Shown here: positions 49,791 to 61,827 of the stretch, in pieces
Numbering within the stretch: the stretch's first letter is position 1
How the letters are laid out: each line of letters starts with the position of its first letter
DNA from: Octopus bimaculoides
Taxonomy: Eukaryota
NCBI RefSeq assembly: GCF_001194135.2
Contig: NC_069002.1
Span: forward strand, 27,770,646 to 27,834,645
DNA: 64,000 bases
Direction: 5' to 3'
The notes under the pieces: model-generated
Seen by the model: the letters and a program-made list of their open reading frames with translations, nothing else
Told to the model about the DNA's origin: nothing
The model's database searches: none
Translations under genes and position numbers: made by a program

Positions 49791-50944
49791 TCCCTCTGTT
49801 AGGAGGCACAAGCACTTACACAACAATAACTACACATCAAACATAAATAATAATCATTCTATTTACCTATATTTTTACCTCAAACTGACCTCAGTCTTCC
49901 CAACACACAAATAACCTCGATTCATAAATACTATCCACCCACCTCATTTCCTCTCCTTCCATCATTTCAAAAAGATAGTTGATCAATTTCTTAGAGATAA
50001 TTCCAAGAACTGTGCTTCAGTCATTTTCATAAAAGCATGTAAAATCACTGGTATTGATACACTGCATAATTTGCTGACTTCCTGTGTATCAACCTGCAAC
50101 CCTCCAATATAGATTTTTCCCTTCACTTTAAGACAAGGTTAATTCCCTATCAGACCAGCGTTTGCTATGTCAATGAACAACAGTCAAGGACAAAGCTTAT
50201 CACAACATGGCATTTATCTCTCTATAACAGTGTTCACACATGGTCAGTTGTATGTTGTACTCAGTACAGTTGGGGATCCTTTGTATCTAAAGACTTGTGC
50301 TGGTCAAAGTCAGTTTAGTATATCAAGGAGACATCAGAGACACCCCAATTATAAAAATATTAAATTCGCAAGAAATGTTGCCTAGACAGACATCATTTGA
50401 TTGCCAAAATTTCCTGCTTGGAGAATGTTTTATATAATACTGTACATCCTCCTCCTCCTTTAATGTATATTTTCCATACTGGCATGGGTTGGACAGTTTA
50501 ACCAGAGCTGACAAACAGGAGAGCTGCACCAGGTTCCTATCTGACTTGGCCTGGTTTCTATGGCTGGATGCCCTTCCTAATGCCAGCCACTTTACAATGT
50601 GTGCTGGGTGCTTTTAACATGGCACTGGCACAAGCAGAATATAATATTGTGTACATAAGGTGTTCCATCCTCATCATCATGAGCACATACAAAGAAAAAA
50701 ATTGTAAAAACTAATTCTATATTTTTCAGCATACAAGTGAAATATTTCAGACCAAAATTTACAACCAAAACAGGCAGGTCAACTTACACAAGAGGACTAC
50801 TTTGAAAGAGCAAAAATTCCATGTAAAAGGCAGCAAGATTTTGAAAGCTGCTGCTGATGTTTAAATGTTTACACAACATAATTGCATGATATGCTATACA
50901 TGATTTACATTTGACGGATATTTGTCCTCATCTTGTTTGTTGTT

Positions 50945-50990
50945 AGCACAATGTTTCGGCTGATATACCCTCCAGCCTTCATCAGGTGTC
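50945..50990 (-). ncRNA. Minimal hammerhead ribozyme-like motif (left arm, sense in MRPS31 pre-mRNA)
   Basis: Reverse complement reads GACAC-CTGATGA-A-GGCTG gagggtatat CAGCC-GAAAC-ATT-GTGCT. Confidence 0.6.
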
Positions 50991-51242
50991 TTGGGGAAAT
51001 TTCGAACCTGGGTTCTCATTCCTAAGGTATTTTTCATTATTCAGGTCACTGCCTGGAACTGAACTTGGAATCTTGGGGTTAGTAGCCCGCGCTCTTAACC
51101 ACTATGCCATATGCCCGTGGCGTAGTGGTTAAGAACGCAGGCTACTAACCCCAAGATTCTGAGTTCAATTCCAGGCAGTGACCTGAATAATAACATCAAA
51201 AAATACCTTAGGAATGAGAACCCAGGTTTGAAATTTCCCCAA

Positions 51243-51288
51243 GACACCTGATGAAGGCTGGAGAGTATATCAGCCGAAACATTGTGCT
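51243..51288 (+). ncRNA. Minimal hammerhead ribozyme-like motif (right arm)
   Basis: GACAC-CTGATGA-A-GGCTG gagagtatat CAGCC-GAAAC-ATT-GTGCT: conserved core, 5-bp stem II, short stem I, no intramolecular stem III. Confidence 0.6.
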
Positions 51289-51973
51289 AACAACAAACAT
51301 GATGAGGACAAATATCTGTCAAATGTAAATAATGTATATAATTCCTCATCTCTTAAATATAGAACTGTATGATACACTAAGTTGACTTATATACCAGAAA
51401 ATAAAATATGTATTTTGTTCGATTAAATATTTCTTTCATTTCACTGAAGGACAACCTCAGGATGCTGAATCTCACAGAGGAGATGACAAAGGACCAAGAT
51501 ACCTGGTGCCTTGCTGTACTCAAGAAGACCTGTACTCCACAGCAGAAGTGTTAAGGCCACTCCCCCTGGTGAAAAGGATTGGCCTACAAGAGTTCTGTGC
51601 CTATGTGACATAAAAAGCACTCGTGCCAGTACCGTGTAATAGCACCTGTGCTGGCACCATATAAAAGCACCCAGCACACTCTGTAAAGTGGTTGGCGTTA
51701 GGAAGGGCATCCAGCCTTAGAACCCATGCCAAAGCAGACAGGAGCCAGGTGCAGCCTTCCAGCTTGACAGCCCTGGTCAAACCATCCAACCCATGCCAGC
51801 AGGGACAACAGACATTAAATGATGATGGTGATGACTGCAATGAAACAAAATGTAATTTATTCCAGGCTCAGAAAATCGGGTCATGTACTAGTAGACAGTA
51901 ATTAGTGTTTGCAGCTCTCACTCTCGGAAATAATTCTGAAATAGCAACTTAGGAAAAACAAAAAAGAAATTAC

Positions 51974-52041
51974 CTGGTTCAGGTGGAGGTTGTGTAACTT
52001 TGTCGAAAATTTGAAGGCCGGGAGCAGAAAATAACTTTGTG
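51974..52041 (-). CDS. MRPS31: MRPS31 coding exon
   Basis: ttacacag| TKLFSAPGLQIFDKVTQPPPEP |gtaatt; human NIFTGKRLNIFD; phase 2 to 1. Confidence 0.88.
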
Positions 52042-52599
52042 CTGTGTAAAACCAAGAGAATCTATTAAACATTTCACATTCTTGGGAATTTCAGAAGATT
52101 TCAGAAAACATGAAAAACCAGCATATAATGATTTAAGTACAAGTAAGAAAAAAAAAATTACACATGGTTACATAAATAATAATAATAATAATAATAATAA
52201 TAATCCCTTCTATTAAAGGCACAAGGCCTGAAATTTTGTGGGAAGAGACTAGCTGATTATACTGACCCCAGTGTTTTACTGGTATTTAATTTATCAACCC
52301 CGAAAGGATGAAAGGCAAAGTTGACCCCCGGTGGAATTTGAACTCAGAACATAATGATGGATGAAATGTAGCTAAGTATTTTGCCTGTCATGCTAACGAT
52401 TCTACCAGTTTGCCACCTTAATTATAATGTATCGACCCCTAAAGGGTGACGAACAGGAAAAACCAATCTTGGTAGAATTTGACCTCAGAGCATAAAGATG
52501 AATGAATTGTTATAAAGCATTTTGTCCAGTGAACTGAGAACTCTGCCAGCTTGCTACCTTACAAATAATAATAATAATAAATATATGTTTTATTATATA

Positions 52600-52832
52600 C
52601 AGGGTTGGCCAGAAGTCACCCGACAGTAAATCAAATTTCCATAAATACTATTTGTAATTCTGTATTGACTTGAATGGGAAAATGTGTTGCTCAAGAATGA
52701 TTTCGGTTTGAATGATTTTCATGATGTTTCATATTCAGAAGCTTTTATTAAATTGATTCAGTTGTTAAACATAAATAAATCATGGAATTAAATGGTTTTG
52801 ATTAACTGTCAGGTAATGTTTGGCCAACCCTG
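52600..52832. mobile_element. Tc1/mariner-type MITE
   Basis: TA-CAGGGTTGGCCA..GACAG / CTGTC..TGGCCAACCCTG-TA. Confidence 0.85.
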
Positions 52833-53171
52833 TATATACACACACACTCACATATATATACATATATTGTGGCACTCCGTCAGTTACGACGATGAGGGTT
52901 TCAGTTGATCCAGTCAAGGGAACAGCCTGCTCGTGAAATTAACGTGCAAGTGGCTGAGCACTCCACAGACAGGTGTGCCTTTAACATAATTCTCGGGGAG
53001 ATTCAGTGTGACAGAGAGTGTGACAAGGCTGGCCCTTTGAAATACAGGTACAACAGAAACAGAAAGAAAGAGTGAGAGAAAGTTGTGATGAAAGAGTACA
53101 GTAGGGCAGCCTTTTGGAGCTTTAGGTGTTTTTGCTCAATAAACACTCACAACACCGAAAATACAAACTAA

Positions 53172-54195
53172 TGTTATATCCCTATCTCCCGAGCTGGGTT
53201 TTGAAACCGTATTCTGGTTGTTGAGGATAATGGTATTTCCTTTGTCTTGTGAACAAGTACAGCTATTTTTAGCGTAGGAGTGATCGGTGACCCTTTCCGG
53301 TCACCAAAAGTTCAGAAAAACAAGTGAGGAATTGTACTGAACTGACCCAGCTTTGGGAGGGGGTAAAGTAACACTATTGAGCTATGGTATTTGTGATAAA
53401 CAAAGAATTGGCGCGAACAGTTGGTATCAGGCGAGTTGGCCAGTCGAGTTGGCCGAAGCAGTTGGCCTGAGAGTTGGATGAAGAACGTCAGCCAGTGAAG
53501 ATGAACAGTGATAAATCTGACAGAGAGAGGGCCTATAGTCAGCAGGTACGAGTAAGCAGAAATGTATAGAGTCTCAGACAGAGAGATGGAACTGTTGTGG
53601 CAGCCAAAAGAGATCGTAGTAGTCAGTTGGTTACTTCTTGGATAGTAGGAGTTTTGAAAGAAAGGAAGTTATTACAGTAAAGGGTTGTGTAAATATTCTT
53701 CCAAGAAAAATGTACTTGCCGTTATGATGTATAAAGAAAAAGAACTGTTAACTGTGATGTTAACTTAAAAGAGAAAAAAAAAAAGAAAGAACTTCGTTAC
53801 ATGTTGCTTAATTGAAAAGAAAACAAAGAAGTGAAAGAACTTTTGATGGACTTGATGTACGAACTCTTGCTTATGTAATGATTGTAAGCCTTTGATTATG
53901 TTGCATGTGCTATTGTTATATGCTATTGGATTTGAATTGTTATGCAATGTGTTGATGATGTAATGTTTTATTCTGATGTTTGATGTAAAAAGAAAAAGTT
54001 AGTTCCGCTACCCAGCGTAGGGTCTCCGTGTTATTTCTTCCCCTCCTCCTTTTGCTTGTTGTTCTTCGTTGCGTGCTCCAGCTGGGGCTTATTGGTGGCC
54101 ATGGCGAGCATCCCAACTCACTGAGCGTCGACGTTCGTGCACACGCGAGTTCTCTCTACGTTAAAGAGGTGCTTCGCGTGCGGGCGTTCGTAACA
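53172..54195. mobile_element. Probable solo LTR
   Basis: ~1 kb of unique CpG-retaining sequence bounded by TGTTATA and CGTAACA; no clear TSD. Confidence 0.55.
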
Positions 54196-54997
54196 ATATA
54201 TATACACACACACATACATACATACACATATTATTTTTCTTTTATTTTTTCAGTCATTTGACTGCGGCCATGCTGGAGTATCGCCTTTAGTCTAGCAAAT
54301 CAACCCCCAGAACTTATTCTATTGGTCTCTTTTGCCGAACTGCTAATGTTACGGTGACGTAAACACACCAACATCAGTTGTCAAACGATGGTAAGGGGAC
54401 AAACACAAATACCCAAACATACACACATACATACATACATGTACACATACACACACACACATATATATATATATATAGTAATGCCTCACGCTTAGAGGGA
54501 CTAAATAAGTCAAAAACTACCCTCTAAGCGTGAGGCATTACTATATAGTTAATGCCCTTATACAAATTATATATATTTATGGAAAAAACGATGGGTTTTT
54601 TCCTCATGGGGTTTTTTCACGCTGACTACTTGATAAATTCTTATAAAGATTTTATCCTATGCTAGCATGGAAAGCGGACGTTAAACGATGATATGGGGGC
54701 TTCTTTCAGTTGCCATCTACCAAATCCACTCACAAGGCTTCGGTTGGCCCGAGGCTATAGTAGTAGACACTTGCTCAAGATGCCACGCAGTGAGACTGAA
54801 CTTGGAACCATGTGGTTGGTAAGCAAGCTACTTACCACATAGCCACTCATAGTTTATATAATCATATCATTTATTCAATTTCCCTGCTGACATGTTTGCA
54901 TGAGTTTTCTATTGGATTTAAACCCAGAGCTAACATATGTGTGTATTTAGATACACACACACACACACACATTCCAAATAGTAAAATTTACTGTTAC

Positions 54998-55043
54998 CTT
55001 TCAGTATGAATAATTTTCTTGGGCTTCATTGGAGGTGTCTGAG
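54998..55043 (-). CDS. MRPS31: MRPS31 coding exon
   Basis: Long polypyrimidine tract, ttgaacag| (S)QTPPMKPKKIIHTE(S) |gtaaca; phase 1 to 2. Confidence 0.85.
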
Positions 55044-58000
55044 CTGTTCAATGAAGAAAGAGAAAGAAAAAGAAAATTTAACTTTGATTTTAAGACACTG
55101 GAAGGATATTTTCCAAAGAAATTCTAAAGGAAATACAGCATTTTGATTTACATTCAATGCACCAAAATAGAAGAAATATGAGCTTTAAAAAAAGCACCAT
55201 TCTTTTTGTTTTCCCCTGGACTAAAAATATATTTTCTATGCTTTCAATGGATATATGATTAAGTGAGTAATTTCAATAAATGTGTGATTAAGTGAGTATT
55301 TTATATTTGATTTCCTAGTGTCTAAAGGTGTCATGCCACACTAACAATGTCTAAGCTGTCATTGTAGCAATATCACCACCAACTACAACAAAGGCACTTT
55401 AAAAAAAAGGTATTGGAGGGGCAATGCATACCCTGTGTTGCTTACCCATGATTTTTAATTGAAGTGAATTAATTATTTTTTTTTTTTAAGTATCACCATT
55501 ATGGGTATTTATACTCTGGTGAAGTTCAGAAATCCATCAGTGTACACACACACACACATATGTATGTATGTACGCACACGTGTCTACGCACATAGGTACA
55601 CCACGATCTATACACACACAGATGAGGATTGATTCATATGCAAAAGAAAGTGAACAAAATAATATGACCACTTGCTTATCGGGAAATTTATAAGTTCCAT
55701 TTCATTTTATTCTTTTTTTTTAACTATCACCATTAGAGGTATTTGTACTCTGGTGAAATTAAGAAATCAAGTCGTAAATAAACAAAACCCTCGAATCCAT
55801 CACTGTATGCAAGCATGCACACACACAGTCGCATATTTATGTATGTATGCATACATGTCTATGTGCATAAGTATGCCATAATCTATACACATGTAGATGA
55901 GGGTCAATTCATATGAAAAGGAAAGTGAACAAAATAATATGACTACTTCCTCATTGGGAAATTTGTTAGTTTGATTTTTTTTTTGAAAGATGATCAAACC
56001 AAATGTTCATCCTTTTGAGCCACTCATCCAATGAGTATTTCTGCCAAATGTGAAAATCTGTTCTCCTGCTTTCCAGTAATTTTGCAAACACACAAAGACG
56101 AGTGATTACAATACCCAGCTTTTGCTTACACACACACAGGGTAAAAAAAGGGCATGTACAGGGATATCATAGAGATCATCATCATCATCATCATCGTTTA
56201 ACGTCCGCTTTCCATGCTAGCATGGGTTGGACGATTTGACTGAGGACTGGTGAAACCGGATGGCAACACCAGGCTCCAGTCTGATTTGGCAGAGTTTCTA
56301 CAGCTGGATGCCCTTCCTAACGCCAACCACTCAGAGAGTGTAGTGGGTGCTTTTACGTGTCACCCGCACGAAAACGGCCACGCTCGAAATGGTGTCTTTT
56401 ATGTGCCNNNNNNNNNNNNNNNNNNNNNNNNNNNNNNNNNNNNNNNNNNNNNNNNNNNNNNNNNNNNNNNNNNNNNNNNNNNNNNNNNNNNNNNNNNNNN
56501 NNNNNNNNNNNNNNNNNNNNNNNNNNNNNNNNNNNNNNNNNNNNNNNNNNNNNNNNNNNNNNNNNNNNNNNNNNNNNNNNNNNNNNNNNNNNNNNNNNNN
56601 NNNNNNNNNNNNNNNNNNNNNNNNNNNNNNNNNNNNNNNNNNNNNNNNNNNNNNNNNNNNNNNNNNNNNNNNNNNNNNNNNNNNNNNNNNNNNNNNNNNN
56701 NNNNNNNNNNNNNNNNNNNNNNNNNNNNNNNNNNNNNNNNNNNNNNNNNNNNNNNNNNNNNNNNNNNNNNNNNNNNNNNNNNNNNNNNNNNNNNNNNNNN
56801 NNNNNNNNNNNNNNNNNNNNNNNNNNNNNNNNNNNNNNNNNNNNNNNNNNNNNNNNNNNNNNNNNNNNNNNNNNNNNNNNNNNNNNNNNNNNNNNNNNNN
56901 NNNNNNNNNNNNNNNNNNNNNNNNNNNNNNNNNNNNNNNNNNNNNNNNNNNNNNNNNNNNNNNNNNNNNNNNNNNNNNNNNNNNNNNNNNNNNNNNNNNN
57001 NNNNNNNNNNNNNNNNNNNNNNNNNNNNNNNNNNNNNNNNNNNNNNNNNNNNNNNNNNNNNNNNNNNNNNNNNNNNNNNNNNNNNNNNNNNNNNNNNNNN
57101 NNNNNNNNNNNNNNNNNNNNNNNNNNNNNNNNNNNNNNNNNNNNNNNNNNNNNNNNNNNNNNNNNNNNNNNNNNNNNNNNNNNNNNNNNNNNNNNNNNNN
57201 NNNNNNNNNNNNNNNNNNNNNNNNNNNNNNNNNNNNNNNNNNNNNNNNNNNNNNNNNNNNNNNNNNNNNNNNNNNNNNNNNNNNNNNNNNNNNNNNATCA
57301 AAATGAAAATCAAATGGAAATTGTGGTTGTGATCCCCATGCCGGTGGCACGTAAAAAGCACCATGCGAGCATGGCCGATGCCAGTACCGCCTTGATTGAC
57401 GTTTGTGCTGGTGGCATGTAAAAAGCACCAACCGATCATGGCCGTTGCCAGCCTCCTCTGGCCCCTGTGCCAGTGGCACGTAAAAAGCACCCACTACACT
57501 CATGGAGTGGTTGGCATTAGGAAGGGCATCCGGCTGTAGAAACACTGCCAGATCAGACAGGAGCTTGGTGCAGCCTCCTGGCTTCCCAGACCCCAGTTGA
57601 ACCATCCAACCCATGCCAGCATGGAAAGTAGATGTTAAACGATGATGATGAGATACAGTTCGACTTTATGCTAGAAGGGAGCACTCACTAAGGGTACCCA
57701 CTAATGTTTTCTTCCCCATGAAACAACTACAGAGGAAATTTTTAGCTAAGATCAAGGCACTATATTCAGCATTCGTTGATCTAGAGAAGACCCATGACAA
57801 AGTACAAAGCCCTGTGACCTGATAGCTGTTAAAAAAAACTAGGAGTAGATGAATGTGTTACCTTTGTTTGCTAAATATAATGATGACAAGGAATAAATCT
57901 ATAATTTTAATTATTTTAATTGCGGAGAACCTTTACAATTATAAGATAATAGGAATATTCATTTGCAATTTCTATTTCTTCTTCCTCATGTTCTGTTTTT

Positions 58001-58539
58001 ATGTAGTTATATAATTTAAATTGAGGTCTATTTCTCTGTTATGCTTCCCTCTTTATGTGAGAGTAATAAATATTGCCATAAACACCTTGATAGAATGTTA
58101 TCATTTAATGTCCATGTTGCATGCTGGCAAAACTTGAAAATTATTTACAAAACTGTTTGTATCACCTAAGCAGCTTTCTCTTTAATTTTCTTTTCAGTTA
58201 TGGCTCCACTGATAAAGCCATATTAAAGATATGTGTTTTATATGCTAAACGCTTTTTCTTCACTCTTCAATCCTCTTGTTACCATATTCCTGTTAAAATA
58301 CACTGCTTTTATTTCTATTAACTTTGTAAATAATGACGACTTTAGTAAAATAACTTTCGTCATTATTAAACTGGTGTTTGGAACATATACTGACATGGAA
58401 TTTTGATGGAAGGATTTAATTTAGATCACATTAAGACTTGAAGTTTGTGTCACAGAACCAGGGGTACTCTCAGACGAGTTGGTATCAAAAGGATTAATAA
58501 ATGCACATACATTCAAGACATTTTTAGAATTTTACTCAC

Positions 58540-58610
58540 AGTCAGTTCTCATTTCTTTTCCTGAATATGATGTTCTCTCTTTGATAACTTTCATCCCAGC
58601 AAATAAATTT
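58540..58610 (-). CDS. MRPS31: MRPS31 coding exon
   Basis: ttttttag| NLFAGMKVIKERTSYSGKEMRTD |gtgagt; phase 2 to 1, compatible with both neighbours. Confidence 0.85.
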
Positions 58611-58670
58611 CTAAAAAATAAAAAAAATACATTAACATATGAAGGAAGTTTCCAGACTAATAAAGAGATA

Positions 58671-58747
58671 CAGGGTGTGGCAGAACGGTTGCCCCAATTT
58701 CAAAGGTTAATAAACTGATATCGAGGAAACCTTTCTGCCGCACCCTG
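58671..58747. mobile_element. 77-bp Tc1/mariner-type MITE
   Basis: TA-CAGGGTGTGGCAGAACGGTT / AACCTTTCTGCCGCACCCTG-TA. Confidence 0.8.
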
Positions 58748-59039
58748 TATAATAAGCAATGAGTTTACCCAGGTATTTAAAAACTCTTTGAGCCATCACT
58801 ACACATCTTTGCATCAGTTTCCTATTTTCAATTTTATTAATTTGATCCAGCTGCATGAATTTGTGAATTTGTTTTTGAAAGTATTTCCAGTGAATTAAAT
58901 TATTTCATATAAGGCACTGTAATTTAGAGACCTCTGTTAATTTTCAGTATGAAAAAAAACTGAGAACTGGTTGACAGCTATACAATTAAGGTTATGAAGC
59001 TAGAGACCTTGAGACCTCTGTTTGTTTTTATTATTAAAA

Positions 59040-59790
59040 AACTTGATAACCTGATGACAGCTAACAGATAAAAGCACAATTAATGATATAAAGGTAAGGA
59101 TTACTACGACAGTAGCTGAGATAAAGAAAACATCTGGCAAAATAGGGCATGTACTAATCACAGACATTGCAAATCAAAGAAGAGAATGGAGTCTGAGCCA
59201 ATCACTGGTATAGCAGTATCATCATTAACTGCTATAAAGGCTAAGGAGATGTTCTAGAAAGAAGCAACTACAGAGAAATCATACTAATGGACCAGATATT
59301 CAATGTAACAGAAAGATTATCAAGTGATTTAGCTGAGTAGATAAGATGCAGTCTGGTTTTATGTCAGAAAGCAGGGTATCACTGATGTTTTTTCCCCAGG
59401 GAGACAACTACAGAAGTACTTGGCTAAGAGCAAAACCACTATACTAAGCATCCATTGATCAAGTGAAGGGTCTTGATAAGGTACCAGGTTCTGTGGTACT
59501 ATGCAAGCCATATACAGAGGTGCTAGGTGAGAATTGATAATAGTTCAGCAAAGACTTTAACATGCAGGAGTAAGTGTGCAACAAAGTTCAGTTCTTACTC
59601 CATTCCTGTTTATTACAGTTCTCTGGGCTATAACAGAGGTATTATCAGCTGTCCAGGTGAACTCCTGAATGCTGATAACATGGTTCTCATGATTAAGTCT
59701 AAAGTCTATCAAAGATTTGGAAAAGAAATTCTAAACATGGGAGCAAAGATTAGAATCAAGAAGCCTCAAAGAAAACCAAAGTAGTCCTGG
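59040..59790 (+). mobile_element. Decayed RTE LINE RT fragment
   Basis: Recognisable remnants (YKG*GDVLERSNYR, MDQIF, MQSGFMSE) homologous to the 21681-22380 copy. Confidence 0.7.
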
Positions 59791-61146
59791 GTAAGTCTTT
59801 AAACTGCATCCAATAATGGGACTGATTCAGGAGCTCTAAGGTTTTGAAGTGTGGGGAACCACCTCTTAGCCATTTTGTTTCCAGGTTTACTCTGACCAGG
59901 AGTAGTAGCATCTGTTAGGGTCCCAGCTATGGGTCAACTAGCAGGAGTACCACCCGCTTTAAACCCAGGCTACGTGTACTCTGATAACTGGTGGTGACTT
60001 GGTCACTGAATCCTCTGTGATGATTGACAATGAATGACAAGATGAGCTGCTACGGATCACACTGTCTCAAAGTGTGTATGCATGTAACCGGAGACCACAT
60101 GTGAATTTGCACTCTCACTGAATTTCCAAACATGACCTCTACACCTCAATGATAAATGACCACAGCTACAGCATCTGTACTATCTGACATGTTCTGCTCT
60201 CCCTGTGCGGCATATGTCAAATTTGCAAGCTGGAATTTTGGCAGCTTGTACTACGGGCTTCTTTCAGTTTCCGTCTACCAAATCCACTCACAAGGCTTTC
60301 GTTGGCCCGAGGCTATAGTAGAAGACACTTGCCCAAGGTGCCACGCAGTGAGACTGAACCCAGAACCATGTGGTTGGTAAGCAAGCTACTTACCACACAG
60401 CCACTCTGAATTTCCTTGAGAACTATATTAAGGGCACACGTCTATGGAGTGCTCAGCCCCTTCCAAGTTAATTTTACAAGTAGGTTGTTACATTGATCAC
60501 ATCAACTGGAACCCACGACATTGTAACTGACGGAGTGCTAGTTTGTAAGTTAGTTACCATTCAATAAAAATATGGTAAGGAAATGATATGGTATGGATGA
60601 GGTGGTGAAGCACAACCTTTGAACGTTGGGCCTCATGGAGGCAATGATGAGCGACTGAGACCTTTGGAGATATGCTATGCTTGAGAAGATCCAACAAGCT
60701 AAGTGAGACTGTAGCTGTGCCCTATGACAGTGTTGCATAATTGGCCCATTTAAGAGTACTCTTCAATCATTGGGTAATATACTGTGCTTGAGAAGACCTG
60801 TTGAGTCAAGTGAAATCATTGTCGTGGCCGATGCCACTACTGCTTGAAGTATCATTTGAGTGCTGCCTGACTGGCTGGTGGCATGTAAAAAGAACCCACT
60901 ACCCTCTCAGAGTGGCTGGGGTCAGGAAGGGCATCCAGCTGTAGAAACCTTGCCAGATTACATTGGAACCTGGTGCAGCCTTCTGGCTTGCCAGTCCTCA
61001 GTCAAACCGTCTAACCCATGCCAGCATGGAAAGCAGACGTTAAACGACGATGATGAAAGGATTTATCTAACAATATCAAATGAGATAATTACAAAGGAAC
61101 TTTTGAAATACAGAAATAAAAAGTAACATTCCGAAATTTTACTTAC

Positions 61147-61178
61147 TCAATGCTAAGGCTAGGTTTCGCGTCAGCTGC
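61147..61178 (-). CDS. MRPS31: MRPS31 coding exon, 3' end only (rest in N-gap 61179-61485)
   Basis: AADAKPSLSI(E) |gtaagt; phase 2 joins the next exon to give SLSIENLFAGMKV, comparable to the human SLS..IISDMKV region. Confidence 0.7.
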
Positions 61179-61716
61179 NNNNNNNNNNNNNNNNNNNNNN
61201 NNNNNNNNNNNNNNNNNNNNNNNNNNNNNNNNNNNNNNNNNNNNNNNNNNNNNNNNNNNNNNNNNNNNNNNNNNNNNNNNNNNNNNNNNNNNNNNNNNNN
61301 NNNNNNNNNNNNNNNNNNNNNNNNNNNNNNNNNNNNNNNNNNNNNNNNNNNNNNNNNNNNNNNNNNNNNNNNNNNNNNNNNNNNNNNNNNNNNNNNNNNN
61401 NNNNNNNNNNNNNNNNNNNNNNNNNNNNNNNNNNNNNNNNNNNNNNNNNNNNNNNNNNNNNNNNNNNNNNNNNNNNNNNNNNNNNATTAGTGTTGTATAA
61501 TTAGTATTTGGCAAAAGAGAGCTATAGAATAAGTACCAGGTTTTAAAAAATCCTGTGGTCAATTTGACCTACTAAAACCCTCTAAGGCGGTGCCCCAGGA
61601 TGGCCGCAGTCTAATGATTAAAACAAATAAAAGGTAAAAGATATTTATGCCAGTTCTGAAATAAACGCCCCCCCCTCTCTCCCAAAAAACGATCTTATTT
61701 AAGATTTAAAACTTAC

Positions 61717-61827
61717 TTTTTTGGTGTATCTTCTTTGTCAGAAATTTTGTCTTCATTTTCTTTTTGTAAAACAGGACTTATGCAAAGGTGCCGAGCTTTG
61801 CATTTAGATAGATGGGTATGCTGCAAT
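61717..61827 (-). CDS. MRPS31: MRPS31 early coding exon (end of mitochondrial presequence)
   Basis: ttttcag| LQHTHLSKCKARHLCISPVLQKENEDKISDKEDTPK |gtaagt; open, phase 2 to 2, presequence-like R-H-L-C-I-S motif; collinear with conserved downstream exons. Confidence 0.75.

Larger units (their letters stand above)
50897..51336. mobile_element. Head-to-head inverted dimer of a tRNA-headed element with a Penelope-type hammerhead tail
   Basis: Arms 50897-51109 and 51118-51336, about 11 substitutions plus one ~6-nt indel by eye, 8-nt loop; each arm has box A TGGC(G/A)TAGTGG, a box-B-like (GA/AA)GTTCA(A/G)TTCC and CTGATGA..GAAAC. Confidence 0.8.

Noticed and set aside
51118-51185. Authentic tRNA gene
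   Set aside because: Boxes A and B are present, but I could not form a proper acceptor stem and it continues into a repeat body mirrored in the other arm; it is a tRNA-derived head.
56250-57614. Long ORFs of 200-430 aa in the ORF track (also 4719-5448, 8494-9593, 34441-35480, 62497-63332)
   Set aside because: They consist mostly of X from N-gaps, flanked by repeat-derived peptides.
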